Source: an uncultured Flavobacteriales bacterium (lineage in GTDB: Bacteria > Bacteroidota > Bacteroidia > Flavobacteriales_D > CAJJDF01). From it: a stretch of 64,000 bases of DNA. Where the stretch lies: the NCBI GenBank assembly GCA_964021785.1, contig CAXIAX010000004.1, positions 1,460 through 65,459 on the forward strand, written 5' to 3'. Position 1 is the first letter of the stretch. Every line of letters starts with the position of its first letter. A program made the position numbers and the translations under genes. The notes beneath the pieces were generated by a model. That model searched no databases, was not told the DNA's origin, and was given only the letters and a program-made list of their open reading frames with translations. Shown piece after piece: positions 56,474 through 64,000 of this stretch.

Positions 56474-57658
56474 ATGAAAACCTTTTTAAAATTACTGAGA
56501 GTAGAATTTAAACGAATATTCTCCAACAATGTGTTGCTTGCCATCTTTTTTGGCGCTCCCATCTTGTACGGAATTCTATTTGGAAACGTGTATACAAATG
56601 CCAAAGTTATTGATTTGCCAATTGTAATTATAGACGAAGATCAAAGTCCTATTTCTAATAAAATAATAGATGCATTTGACGATAATGAAGGATTAAAAAT
56701 AAATGATGTGCGATACACAGCCGGTAATATAGAAGCAGAAATGCCTACCGAACAATATGCCGCAGTCATTACAATCCCCTCTAATTTTGAAGCCGATATT
56801 TTTCAAAAAAGACACCCAGAAATACGAGTAGATTTGAATATGGCCAATTTATTAAATGCCAATACTGCAAGTAAAAATATTCAATCGGTCTTGCTTACGC
56901 TAAATGCTGGGATAGAAATAGAAGGATTGAAAAAACAAGGAATGCACCAAGCGCAAGCCATAGAATCCTACGAAAGTTTTAAGATAAATTACAACAAACT
57001 GTATAACTCTACAGGGAACTACGTCACTTTTATGATGCCCGGATTATTAGGAGGAATTATGCAGCAAATTATATTTTTGGCAATGGCATTGGTGTTTGCA
57101 AGAGATTTTGAAGATGGGTATTTTAAGAAGTTAGCTCGAATAAATAAATTTTCGTTCTACCATGTACTGCTAAAATCTACGCCATTCTTTATTATGCTTC
57201 CTGTTATGTGGTTCATTGTAAGTTTGTTTATCCCATATTTCAAAATGGATATTTCTATTTTCAATTTCCCTATGCTTGTTTTAACGCTATTGCTTACACT
57301 CTCTTCTATGAGTATTGGGATGTTGTTTTCTATAGCCATTCCCAACCAGCTAAGAGCTACCGAAATGCTTATGGTAATTTCTACACCTGCTTTTATTCTT
57401 AGTGGATTTACTTGGCCCACGCTTGCAATCCCTGAGTCTATTGCCAATTTTTCTCAATACATTCCATTGACGCAATACTTAAGTGGTTTCAGAAAAGTAG
57501 CCTTTTATCACGGAGATCTCTCTTCTATAAATAAAGAAATTAGCTTGTTACTGCTTATCACAATGGTCTCATTTTTCAGTTTATTGATAATTCTTCAATA
57601 CAAAATATATAAAAGCAGAAAAAAGGAAAGAGATTTACTAAACAGTAAAACTGCATAG
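56474..57658 (+). CDS. ABC-2-type transporter permease (YhhJ/YbhS-like) with a large N-terminal periplasmic domain
   Basis: 394 aa. One N-terminal TM helix, a ~150-aa loop, then 5 TM helices. No Walker motifs anywhere in this cluster. Confidence 0.8.
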   Translation: MKTFLKLLRVEFKRIFSNNVLLAIFFGAPILYGILFGNVYTNAKVIDLPIVIIDEDQSPISNKIIDAFDDNEGLKINDVRYTAGNIEAEMPTEQYAAVITIPSNFEADIFQKRHPEIRVDLNMANLLNANTASKNIQSVLLTLNAGIEIEGLKKQGMHQAQAIESYESFKINYNKLYNSTGNYVTFMMPGLLGGIMQQIIFLAMALVFARDFEDGYFKKLARINKFSFYHVLLKSTPFFIMLPVMWFIVSLFIPYFKMDISIFNFPMLVLTLLLTLSSMSIGMLFSIAIPNQLRATEMLMVISTPAFILSGFTWPTLAIPESIANFSQYIPLTQYLSGFRKVAFYHGDLSSINKEISLLLLITMVSFFSLLIILQYKIYKSRKKERDLLNSKTA

Positions 57659-57759
57659 TTAATAAATGGTTTGGTGGTTAGAGTTTTTTTATAGTTAATA
57701 ATATCCACCAAATCTTTATTTTAAATGATTTTGCTAAACATTAATAACAAAAACGAGTT

Positions 57760-57852
57760 CTATTGTTTCTTATTAATTCTCCAAACCAAAATAGCAATAC
57801 CTACTACAAAGTGAAGTATCACTATCCCGAATATGATATATGCTTTAGTCAT
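57760..57852 (-). CDS. Possible 30-aa single-TM micro-protein
   Basis: Own translation: MTKAYIIFGIVILHFVVGIAILVWRINKKQ. Starts 11 nt downstream of the ABM gene stop on the same strand. No other support. Confidence 0.3.
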   Translation of the reverse strand: MTKAYIIFGIVILHFVVGIAILVWRINKKQ

Positions 57853-57863
57853 AGTAGATATTA

Positions 57864-58160
57864 TTATAAACTAAATTTCCTTTCCATACTCCAAGCCTCA
57901 GGCTTAGCACAAAAAAGAGGTTTTACAGTTTTCCAAACTTTCAAGAAAAGTTCTGAATCACGGTAAGCGGCTAAATCATCTTCGGATTTCCAGTAGCTGT
58001 ATGTCATAACTACGTTAGAGTATCTTCCTTTTTCTTGTAATAATTCTAGCTTTTCACAACCTTCAAATCCTTTAATTAGTTCCATGTGCGATTCATAAAC
58101 AGATTTAAACTCCTCTATTTTATCAGGTGAAATCGTCAGTTTTACTATTCTAATTAGCAT
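57864..58160 (-). CDS. Antibiotic-biosynthesis-monooxygenase (ABM/Dabb) domain protein
   Basis: 98 aa, ferredoxin-like ABM pattern (F...F......I....GC..L.L......, W.S...L..Y). Confidence 0.7.
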   Translation of the reverse strand: MLIRIVKLTISPDKIEEFKSVYESHMELIKGFEGCEKLELLQEKGRYSNVVMTYSYWKSEDDLAAYRDSELFLKVWKTVKPLFCAKPEAWSMERKFSL

Positions 58161-58164
58161 TTTA

Positions 58165-58962
58165 TTATTTATTAAAAGTTACAGTAACAATCTCGTCTTC
58201 CTTCATCCCTAGAAGAGAAGCCGCACTACCTCCATGCCCTACTGCACCCTTGTTTATTGCAATCTCTAGGTTTCCAGCAGTATTGAATAAGGCCAAGTGA
58301 CTGGCATCAGAAACATCAGAATAATTATAACACAACTTGGTTACTTCATAATTTCTAAACCCAATTACATACCTTCTGTTTTTACCAATTTCTTCAAATA
58401 ATTTTTTAGTAATGTTGGTAATTGAGTTTCCATAAGAGTCTACGTGAATTACAATTCCTTTTATAAAACTTTCTTGGGTTTGTGGTATTGGTTTTTGAAA
58501 AGAAGCTATTCTTTCTATTCTTTTTCCTATTACTTCTGGAGTACCTCCACGAGCAATATGACAAGCAGCTTTCGCAAATATATCACGTGTAGGAAAAGTA
58601 AGTACATTGGTATTAAAATCTATATTCAATTCGTATAAATTCTCTGGTGGGTAATCATAAATTAATGAAAATAGACCATTATCTGCTCCAATAAAATAAT
58701 GCCCTTTATATTCCATAAGAATAGCTTGTCTAGAAATTGTGATTCCAGAGTCTACACCTATTATGTGAATAGTTCCTTTAGGAAAATTTTCGAATGCATT
58801 TTTAATTGTATAAGCCGCATCTCTCACATCAAATATGTTTATTTGATTAGAAATATCTACGATAGTTACCTCATTATTCAACTCTTTGAGAATAGTCCCT
58901 TTAACAGCAGAGACATAATAGTCTTTTACTCCCAAATCTGTTGTTAAAGTTATGATTGCCAT
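58165..58962 (-). CDS. SAM hydroxide adenosyltransferase / SAM hydrolase family (DUF62)
   Basis: 265 aa. IITLTTDLGVKDYYV N-terminus and VDSYGN motif typical of the DUF62 chlorinase/fluorinase-related family. Confidence 0.8.
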   Translation of the reverse strand: MAIITLTTDLGVKDYYVSAVKGTILKELNNEVTIVDISNQINIFDVRDAAYTIKNAFENFPKGTIHIIGVDSGITISRQAILMEYKGHYFIGADNGLFSLIYDYPPENLYELNIDFNTNVLTFPTRDIFAKAACHIARGGTPEVIGKRIERIASFQKPIPQTQESFIKGIVIHVDSYGNSITNITKKLFEEIGKNRRYVIGFRNYEVTKLCYNYSDVSDASHLALFNTAGNLEIAINKGAVGHGGSAASLLGMKEDEIVTVTFNK

Positions 58963-59095
58963 TTCAGGTTGTTTTACAAATAATTGTTGTTACTTTGATT
59001 ATCAAAATTAAGAATTTAATGTAGGTTTCAATTAATTTTAGTTGAAATTATTTATATTTATTAAAACAAGTAGTTATAATTAAAATAACCCAAAT

Positions 59096-60028
59096 TTGAC
59101 AGAAAGAAATATAACCATAACCGAAATAGAGCCAGTTGATTTATTGGGGGTTAATAACAGTATTTTAAAATACATACAATCAAGATTTCCAAATTTGAAA
59201 ATAGTTTCGAGAGGAAGAAATCTTAAATTCAGTGGAGAAGAAATAGAGTTAGATTTATTTGAAGAAAAAATAAATTTGATGATTAATTACTTTAAAAAAT
59301 ACAAAACTTTGAGCGAAGGAGATTTAGAAAATATCATGGGTGAAAACGGAAATGAAACTGTCAAAAATACGGTGGGCGATCAAGTTATTGTGCACGGTAA
59401 TAATGGAAAAAAAATATCTGCCAGAACTCATAACCAAAGAAAATTAGTAGAATCTAGTTTTGAAAACGATATGGTGTTTGCAGTAGGACCTGCAGGAACA
59501 GGAAAAACTTACACAGCCGTAGCGCTAGCTGTAAGAGCACTTAAAAACAAAGAAGTAAAGAAAATAATTCTTACTAGACCTGCTGTAGAAGCTGGAGAAA
59601 ATTTAGGTTTTTTACCTGGAGATTTAAAAGAAAAACTAGATCCATATTTGCAACCTTTGTATGATGGATTAAGAGATATGATACCGGCAGAAAAGCTAGA
59701 AGAACACATTGAGAACAACATTATTCAGATTGCACCTTTGGCATTTATGAGAGGAAGAACTCTTGATAATGCATTTGTTATCTTGGATGAAGCACAAAAT
59801 GCGACCGAGAGTCAAATAAAAATGTTCTTGACAAGAATGGGTAAAAGTGCTAAGTTTATCATAAACGGAGATCCTTCGCAAATAGATTTGCCAAGAAATC
59901 AAAACTCTGGATTAATAAAAGCATTGACAGTACTGAAAGACATTGAAGGAATAGGAATAGTAGAGCTGGATGAGAATGACGTTATCAGACACAAATTAGT
60001 AAAACGAATTATTAAAGCATTTAAATAG
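59096..60028 (+). CDS. phoH: PhoH-family ATPase (TTG start)
   Basis: 310 aa. GPAGTGKTY, ILDEAQN and GDPSQIDL motifs. Confidence 0.9.
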   Translation: MTERNITITEIEPVDLLGVNNSILKYIQSRFPNLKIVSRGRNLKFSGEEIELDLFEEKINLMINYFKKYKTLSEGDLENIMGENGNETVKNTVGDQVIVHGNNGKKISARTHNQRKLVESSFENDMVFAVGPAGTGKTYTAVALAVRALKNKEVKKIILTRPAVEAGENLGFLPGDLKEKLDPYLQPLYDGLRDMIPAEKLEEHIENNIIQIAPLAFMRGRTLDNAFVILDEAQNATESQIKMFLTRMGKSAKFIINGDPSQIDLPRNQNSGLIKALTVLKDIEGIGIVELDENDVIRHKLVKRIIKAFK

Positions 60029-60033
60029 ACAAG

Positions 60034-60438
60034 ATGAAGATTGAAAGTACCCACACAGAAATAGCAAGTTCTCAAGAAAACATTTACAATTACCTTATGG
60101 ATTTGAATAATGTAAAAGAATTATTGCCAGAAGGAAAATATACAGAATGGAAAGGAGAATACGACTCTTGTTCATTCAAAATGATGGGATTTGGACTTAC
60201 ACTTGTCAAAGATTCGTCTACTCCGTTTAATGAAATAAAATTGGTTTCTGGAGAAGATTCTCCTATTGATTTTGATTTAATAATTTCTATCAATGACCTA
60301 GAAAATGGAAAGTGTGACGCATTCTTAAATTGCGAAGCAAGAGTAAATGCTTTTCTTAAAATGATGATAGACAAACCTCTTACTAGCTTATTTAATCACA
60401 TGAGTGAAAAATTGAGCCGAGTAGATTTGACTAAATAA
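60034..60438 (+). CDS. Small hypothetical protein, SRPBCC-like
   Basis: 134 aa. The size and beta-rich pattern ending in a C-terminal helix suggest a START/SRPBCC fold. This is weak. Confidence 0.4.
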   Translation: MKIESTHTEIASSQENIYNYLMDLNNVKELLPEGKYTEWKGEYDSCSFKMMGFGLTLVKDSSTPFNEIKLVSGEDSPIDFDLIISINDLENGKCDAFLNCEARVNAFLKMMIDKPLTSLFNHMSEKLSRVDLTK

Positions 60439-60446
60439 AAGTCTAA

Positions 60447-61085
60447 TTAAGGCTTTTTTATAAAATTACTTCTTTGTTCTTTGTTCAGAATTAAAGATTT
60501 GTATCCTTTGTCGTAGGTTCCAAAAATTCTATCCCAAATTACGGTAGTGTTTCCATAATTCTTTTTCCAGTTTTTGTGATGATGATGCAAGTGATACAAT
60601 TGCATTTTTTTCAAATATCCTATTTTATATTCCTTATAATGAATAAGGTAATGTACGTTTTCATATAAAAAATAATACGATAAAAAACCAAGACTTATCC
60701 AAGCAGAATTCACAACATCTCCAGTTAAAAGAAGAAAAACTCCCCAAATGATAATTGCCAATGGATACATCAAAAACAATCCTGCATTAAGCACTCTGTA
60801 GTCTTTGGGAGTATTGTGATGATACAGATGAAAGGTATCCAATAACCATTTTAGATTCTTGTTTTTAATTTTTTTGTGGTAAATCCATCTATGTGTGATA
60901 TACTCAAAAAGGCTCCAGCAGGCAATTCCTATCGCAAAATACAATAAGTTCCAGTCGGCCTTGGCAGACACCAATAGATAAACCAACCCTCCAATAATTG
61001 GCAAAAGTTTTAACAAAACCATCCAAGGATTTTTGGATGCAAAAAAAGCAAGCAACTTAGGGCTTGTGGTGGCCATATTATACAT
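60447..61085 (-). CDS. Fatty-acid-hydroxylase / sterol-desaturase superfamily membrane di-iron enzyme
   Basis: 212 aa, 4 TM helices. Histidine boxes HRWIYH, HLYHH, HYLIH and HLHHHH. Confidence 0.75.
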   Translation of the reverse strand: MYNMATTSPKLLAFFASKNPWMVLLKLLPIIGGLVYLLVSAKADWNLLYFAIGIACWSLFEYITHRWIYHKKIKNKNLKWLLDTFHLYHHNTPKDYRVLNAGLFLMYPLAIIIWGVFLLLTGDVVNSAWISLGFLSYYFLYENVHYLIHYKEYKIGYLKKMQLYHLHHHHKNWKKNYGNTTVIWDRIFGTYDKGYKSLILNKEQRSNFIKKP

Positions 61086-61878
61086 TATCTATAGATTTTG
61101 GGTTAATAAAATAAGAGTTCAGTACTTTAAAAAACTCAGAAAAATGCAATCCGTCCATTATTCTGTGGTCAAAAGTGAAACCCAATGAGATTACTTTTTT
61201 TATTTTAATTTCTTGGTTAATCACAACTGGTTTTTCTTCTATTTTTCCTACAGAAGCAACCATAGGCACTTTGGTATAAGGTGCAATAGGACAAAATGCT
61301 CTAGAGATTCCCAAACTACCAATGGAAGTAATCATTACACTCCCAAATGAGTTTTTCTTAGATTTAAATAAAGCTAGATTTAAGTTTAACGTATAAGAAA
61401 TGAAACTATATAAATTCAATATGGGTTTGGTGAAAAAAGAAGGGGTAGCATTTGTGATTTTCTTCGACTCGGTAAAGTCATTTAATCCCTCTTTGCTGTC
61501 CTTTACTTTTACAGAGTATTCTTCGTCTAAATCCTTCATTTTCTTGTCTTGTCCTTCTTCTATTACAATTCCGCTCAAGTCGTCTTTTCTCGAATTTAGA
61601 ATTGTGTGAAAGAACACGCTAATTGGTTTTCTTCTATAAAGCTTTCCCCATCTAATAGTGCTATTTATTGTAGGCTCCTTGTGTATTGCATTAGAAAATG
61701 CTTTAATAATAAAAGAATGCAAATTGATAGAATTTGTTTTGCAATAATCCAATAAGGGGTCTGCAATTATTTCTTCAAAACAGTAACAAGCAGAATCGCC
61801 TGTAGGTTTCCAAGAGGCCAAAGAGATTTTTCTCCAAGGCGACATTTTTGTTTTGGGATAGTAATTAATATTCTTCAT
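61078..61878 (-). CDS. Stand-alone 2-oxoacid-dehydrogenase E2-type (CAT-fold) acyltransferase catalytic domain
   Basis: 266 aa. FDHRIMDG catalytic motif near the C-terminus. No lipoyl or subunit-binding domain. The 3' end overlaps the hydroxylase start by 8 nt. Confidence 0.7.
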   Translation of the reverse strand: MKNINYYPKTKMSPWRKISLASWKPTGDSACYCFEEIIADPLLDYCKTNSINLHSFIIKAFSNAIHKEPTINSTIRWGKLYRRKPISVFFHTILNSRKDDLSGIVIEEGQDKKMKDLDEEYSVKVKDSKEGLNDFTESKKITNATPSFFTKPILNLYSFISYTLNLNLALFKSKKNSFGSVMITSIGSLGISRAFCPIAPYTKVPMVASVGKIEEKPVVINQEIKIKKVISLGFTFDHRIMDGLHFSEFFKVLNSYFINPKSIDNV

Positions 61879-62053
61879 GCTGTGTATTTTTATTTACACA
61901 GTAAAATTGAACAAATAAAAATGAGACTGAAAAGGAGTTTTTCAATTAAACTGACATTGTTTCTTCTAAAAACATCAGATTATATTTAGTTATAAAGTTT
62001 TATTACAAGTATTTAAGTTGAAAATAAAACTTACATTAACTGACATCTAAAGA

Positions 62054-63184
62054 TTAGTCCACAACAAATAAATCACTAGCAATTCCGTCTGCTAATAATT
62101 TTCCTTCTTGCGAGAGAATAAAATGAGTTCCGTTTTGCAAGAGTGAATTTGCAATCACAAATTGCTTACTTTCTTTAATGAAATGAGAGACAAAAGAGGA
62201 ATCAAAATTTTGTTTTAAGAAATCTAAATCTATCCCCCAACTTGTTCTTAACGAAGTCATAATGTATTCATTATATCGTGTTTTTTCATCTAAAACTTCT
62301 TCCTCTGCCACCCAGTTATCTTCGTTAGCACCTTTTATATACCTCCCATTATTGGATACATTCCAATGTCTCGTTTTTCCATTAAATGAATGGGCAGACG
62401 GACCAACTCCCAAGAAATGTTTTTGTTTCCAGTACGAAGAATTGTGCTTAGAATTATGACCTATTTTACTAAAATTGGATATTTCGTATTGTTCAAATCC
62501 ATTTTCTTGCAGGGTAGAAACCAATACATGAAACTGTTCGGAAGTAATGTCATCCTTAGGCAATTGATATTTACCTTTTTCAATGTCATGATGCATTGCT
62601 GTTCTCTCTTCAGAAGTCAAACAATAAGCCGAAATATGGTTTACCTCAAGAGCCAAAGCTTTCTCAATGTTTCTCTTCCATTCGGTTTGTGTCAAATTAG
62701 GAATCCCATAAATAAGATCAATCGTAATGTTATCAAACCCCAATTTCTTTGCATCAGCTACAGAGTCTACCGCTTGTTTTATCGTGTGAGAACGATTCAT
62801 AAACAGTAAATCTCGACCTATAAAAGATTGAATACCGATACTCAATCGGTTTATTCCACAAGATTTTAATTCTTCTAATTTTTCAAAAGTCAAATCATCA
62901 GGATTTGCCTCCAATGTTATTTCTGCATCTGGAGCTACAATAAATTCTTTGCGTATTGTTTCTAGAATATTTTCTAATTCTTGTTTTTCTAATAAACTAG
63001 GAGTTCCTCCACCAAAATATATGGTTTCTATATGGCTCGTTTCCAAATACTCTTTTCTCGTTTTTAATTCTTTACGAATACATTCTACCAGTTCGCTTTT
63101 ATTTTTCATGGAAGTAGAAAAATGAAAATCGCAGTAAACACATGCTTTTTTACAGAAAGGGATATGTATGTAGATTCCAGCCAA
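62054..63184 (-). CDS. hemW: Radical SAM heme chaperone HemW (HemN-like, oxygen-independent coproporphyrinogen oxidase family)
   Basis: 376 aa. YIHIPFCKKACVYCDF (CxxxCxxC), GGGTPS, and a HemN_C-like tail. Confidence 0.88.
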   Translation of the reverse strand: MAGIYIHIPFCKKACVYCDFHFSTSMKNKSELVECIRKELKTRKEYLETSHIETIYFGGGTPSLLEKQELENILETIRKEFIVAPDAEITLEANPDDLTFEKLEELKSCGINRLSIGIQSFIGRDLLFMNRSHTIKQAVDSVADAKKLGFDNITIDLIYGIPNLTQTEWKRNIEKALALEVNHISAYCLTSEERTAMHHDIEKGKYQLPKDDITSEQFHVLVSTLQENGFEQYEISNFSKIGHNSKHNSSYWKQKHFLGVGPSAHSFNGKTRHWNVSNNGRYIKGANEDNWVAEEEVLDEKTRYNEYIMTSLRTSWGIDLDFLKQNFDSSFVSHFIKESKQFVIANSLLQNGTHFILSQEGKLLADGIASDLFVVD

Positions 63185-63394
63185 AGGATTGATTATTTTT
63201 TTTCAAATTTAGGGCTTATTAGATTAATATGGGCTTAATTTTCTTCTTTCTTAGGGTAGCTCCCTTTAGAGATTTTATCTCAACCAATTTAATTTAAAAT
63301 AAAAAACAAAAAATGATATAAATCATCTTATTTTTATTTGGAATGAATAAGAATAAGAAGTAGTTTTGTTTAGAATAAATCTAAATAACAAATT

Positions 63395-64000
63395 ATGTCC
63401 ATTTCAATTAAATCTGTTAAAACAGGTGTTTTTTCATTTCTTATTGTGTTACTCCTTATGCCTATTGGCCACGCGCTTATGGTATTAAACGAAAAATTAA
63501 TTCCAGATCACAAATTTATTGGCGCAGGAATTATTGGGTTTATCGGGTTATTTTTATTCTTTCTTGGAATAAGAAAAAACAAAAAACCACTTACTGCCAC
63601 CATTCTAGGCTTAATTGCCGGAGTACTTATCTGGACAGGTTGGGTGGAGTTTTCGTTTGTATGGATTGCAGAAAAACTGCAAGTAGCTCCACTTATTGAA
63701 AACGGAGAAATTGCTACAAAACCAGAATACCTAGTAATGTTATCCTCTGTAGGATTACTTTCTACCATTCTTATCATGTATATTTTCAAACAATCAAGCT
63801 GTACTTTCTTCAATTGGTTTCAAAGATTAGGAGGGTTAAAATTTGATAAAATAAAAGCACAGGACAAAGTTTGGGCGGGAATTACATTTATAGAAACCAT
63901 TATCATCCTATGGACTTTTTACATTTTACTATTATTAGTATACGACAAAGACATTGCTGGTGACCGTCATCCTCTCACCTACTTTGTAGCCTTTGGTTCA
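63395..64000 (+). CDS. Hypothetical multi-TM membrane protein; the gene runs off the right edge
   Basis: Absent from the ORF track because no stop lies in the window. Own translation from the ATG at 63395: MSISIKSVKTGVFSFLIVLLLMPIGHALMV..., open for 202 codons with at least 5 hydrophobic helices. Confidence 0.6.
   Translation, partial: MSISIKSVKTGVFSFLIVLLLMPIGHALMVLNEKLIPDHKFIGAGIIGFIGLFLFFLGIRKNKKPLTATILGLIAGVLIWTGWVEFSFVWIAEKLQVAPLIENGEIATKPEYLVMLSSVGLLSTILIMYIFKQSSCTFFNWFQRLGGLKFDKIKAQDKVWAGITFIETIIILWTFYILLLLVYDKDIAGDRHPLTYFVAFGS

Noticed and set aside
62262-62809. Plus-strand ORFs of 65 and 139 aa inside hemW
   Set aside because: They are antisense to the radical-SAM gene with its CxxxCxxC motif.
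63508-63813. 101-aa minus-strand ORF near the right edge
   Set aside because: It is antisense to a longer open frame (63395 to the window end) that encodes a coherent multi-TM protein.
1-64000. Search by eye for CRISPR arrays, tRNA/rRNA genes, IS elements, integrases and prophage genes
   Set aside because: I found no regularly spaced direct repeats, no cloverleaf-like GC-rich segments in intergenic regions, and no DDE, tyrosine-recombinase or serine-recombinase motifs in any ORF. A tRNAscan/Infernal run would be more sensitive for small RNAs.

Overview
AT-rich (roughly one-third GC by eye) chromosomal segment that looks like Bacteroidota, class Flavobacteriia. Support for that placement: TAnnTTTG -7 promoter boxes, almost no Shine-Dalgarno sequences, two type-A T9SS C-terminal sorting domains, and the rpmB / rpmG / DUF4295 / ftsY neighbourhood. 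I count about 61 credible protein genes, packed tightly. From left to right: (1) housekeeping genes at 0-10 kb (RSH, pyrD, HMG-CoA lyase, rpmB, pepP, PIN-PhoH, rpmG, ftsY, rimO, alkB-like); (2) a 10-18.6 kb block of secreted, outer-membrane and membrane proteins of unknown function, including a PagL-like acyloxyacyl hydrolase and a GT-C-like polytopic protein; (3) dnaB; (4) a DtxR/MntR - ZIP - TonB-dependent receptor metal-uptake operon behind a perfect 34-bp palindrome; (5) transaldolase and tsaC; (6) a regulator-rich accessory-looking stretch at 27-54 kb, holding four TetR modules that each carry candidate palindromic operators, an RND efflux operon with a GbsR/MarR regulator, a YHYH / PEBP / lipoprotein trio, a DoxX - OhrR-like - nitroreductase module, an FG-GAP T9SS cargo gene bracketed by two near-identical terminator hairpins, and an unusual 614-aa PLP enzyme + MetAP + zinc-ribbon flavin monooxygenase group; (7) a Crp - TolC - HlyD - ABC-2 permease efflux cluster with no ATPase gene; (8) DUF62 SAM hydrolase, phoH, a fatty-acid-hydroxylase / E2-type acyltransferase pair, and hemW. 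I saw no rRNA, tRNA, CRISPR array, transposase, integrase or recognisable phage genes. I recognise no canonical defence system. The most plausible uncharacterised systems are the PLP/MetAP/monooxygenase group (49.2-53.4 kb), the YHYH trio (36.5-39.4 kb) and the acyltransferase-hydroxylase pair (60.4-61.9 kb). All functional calls come from motif recognition by eye and have not been checked by any search.
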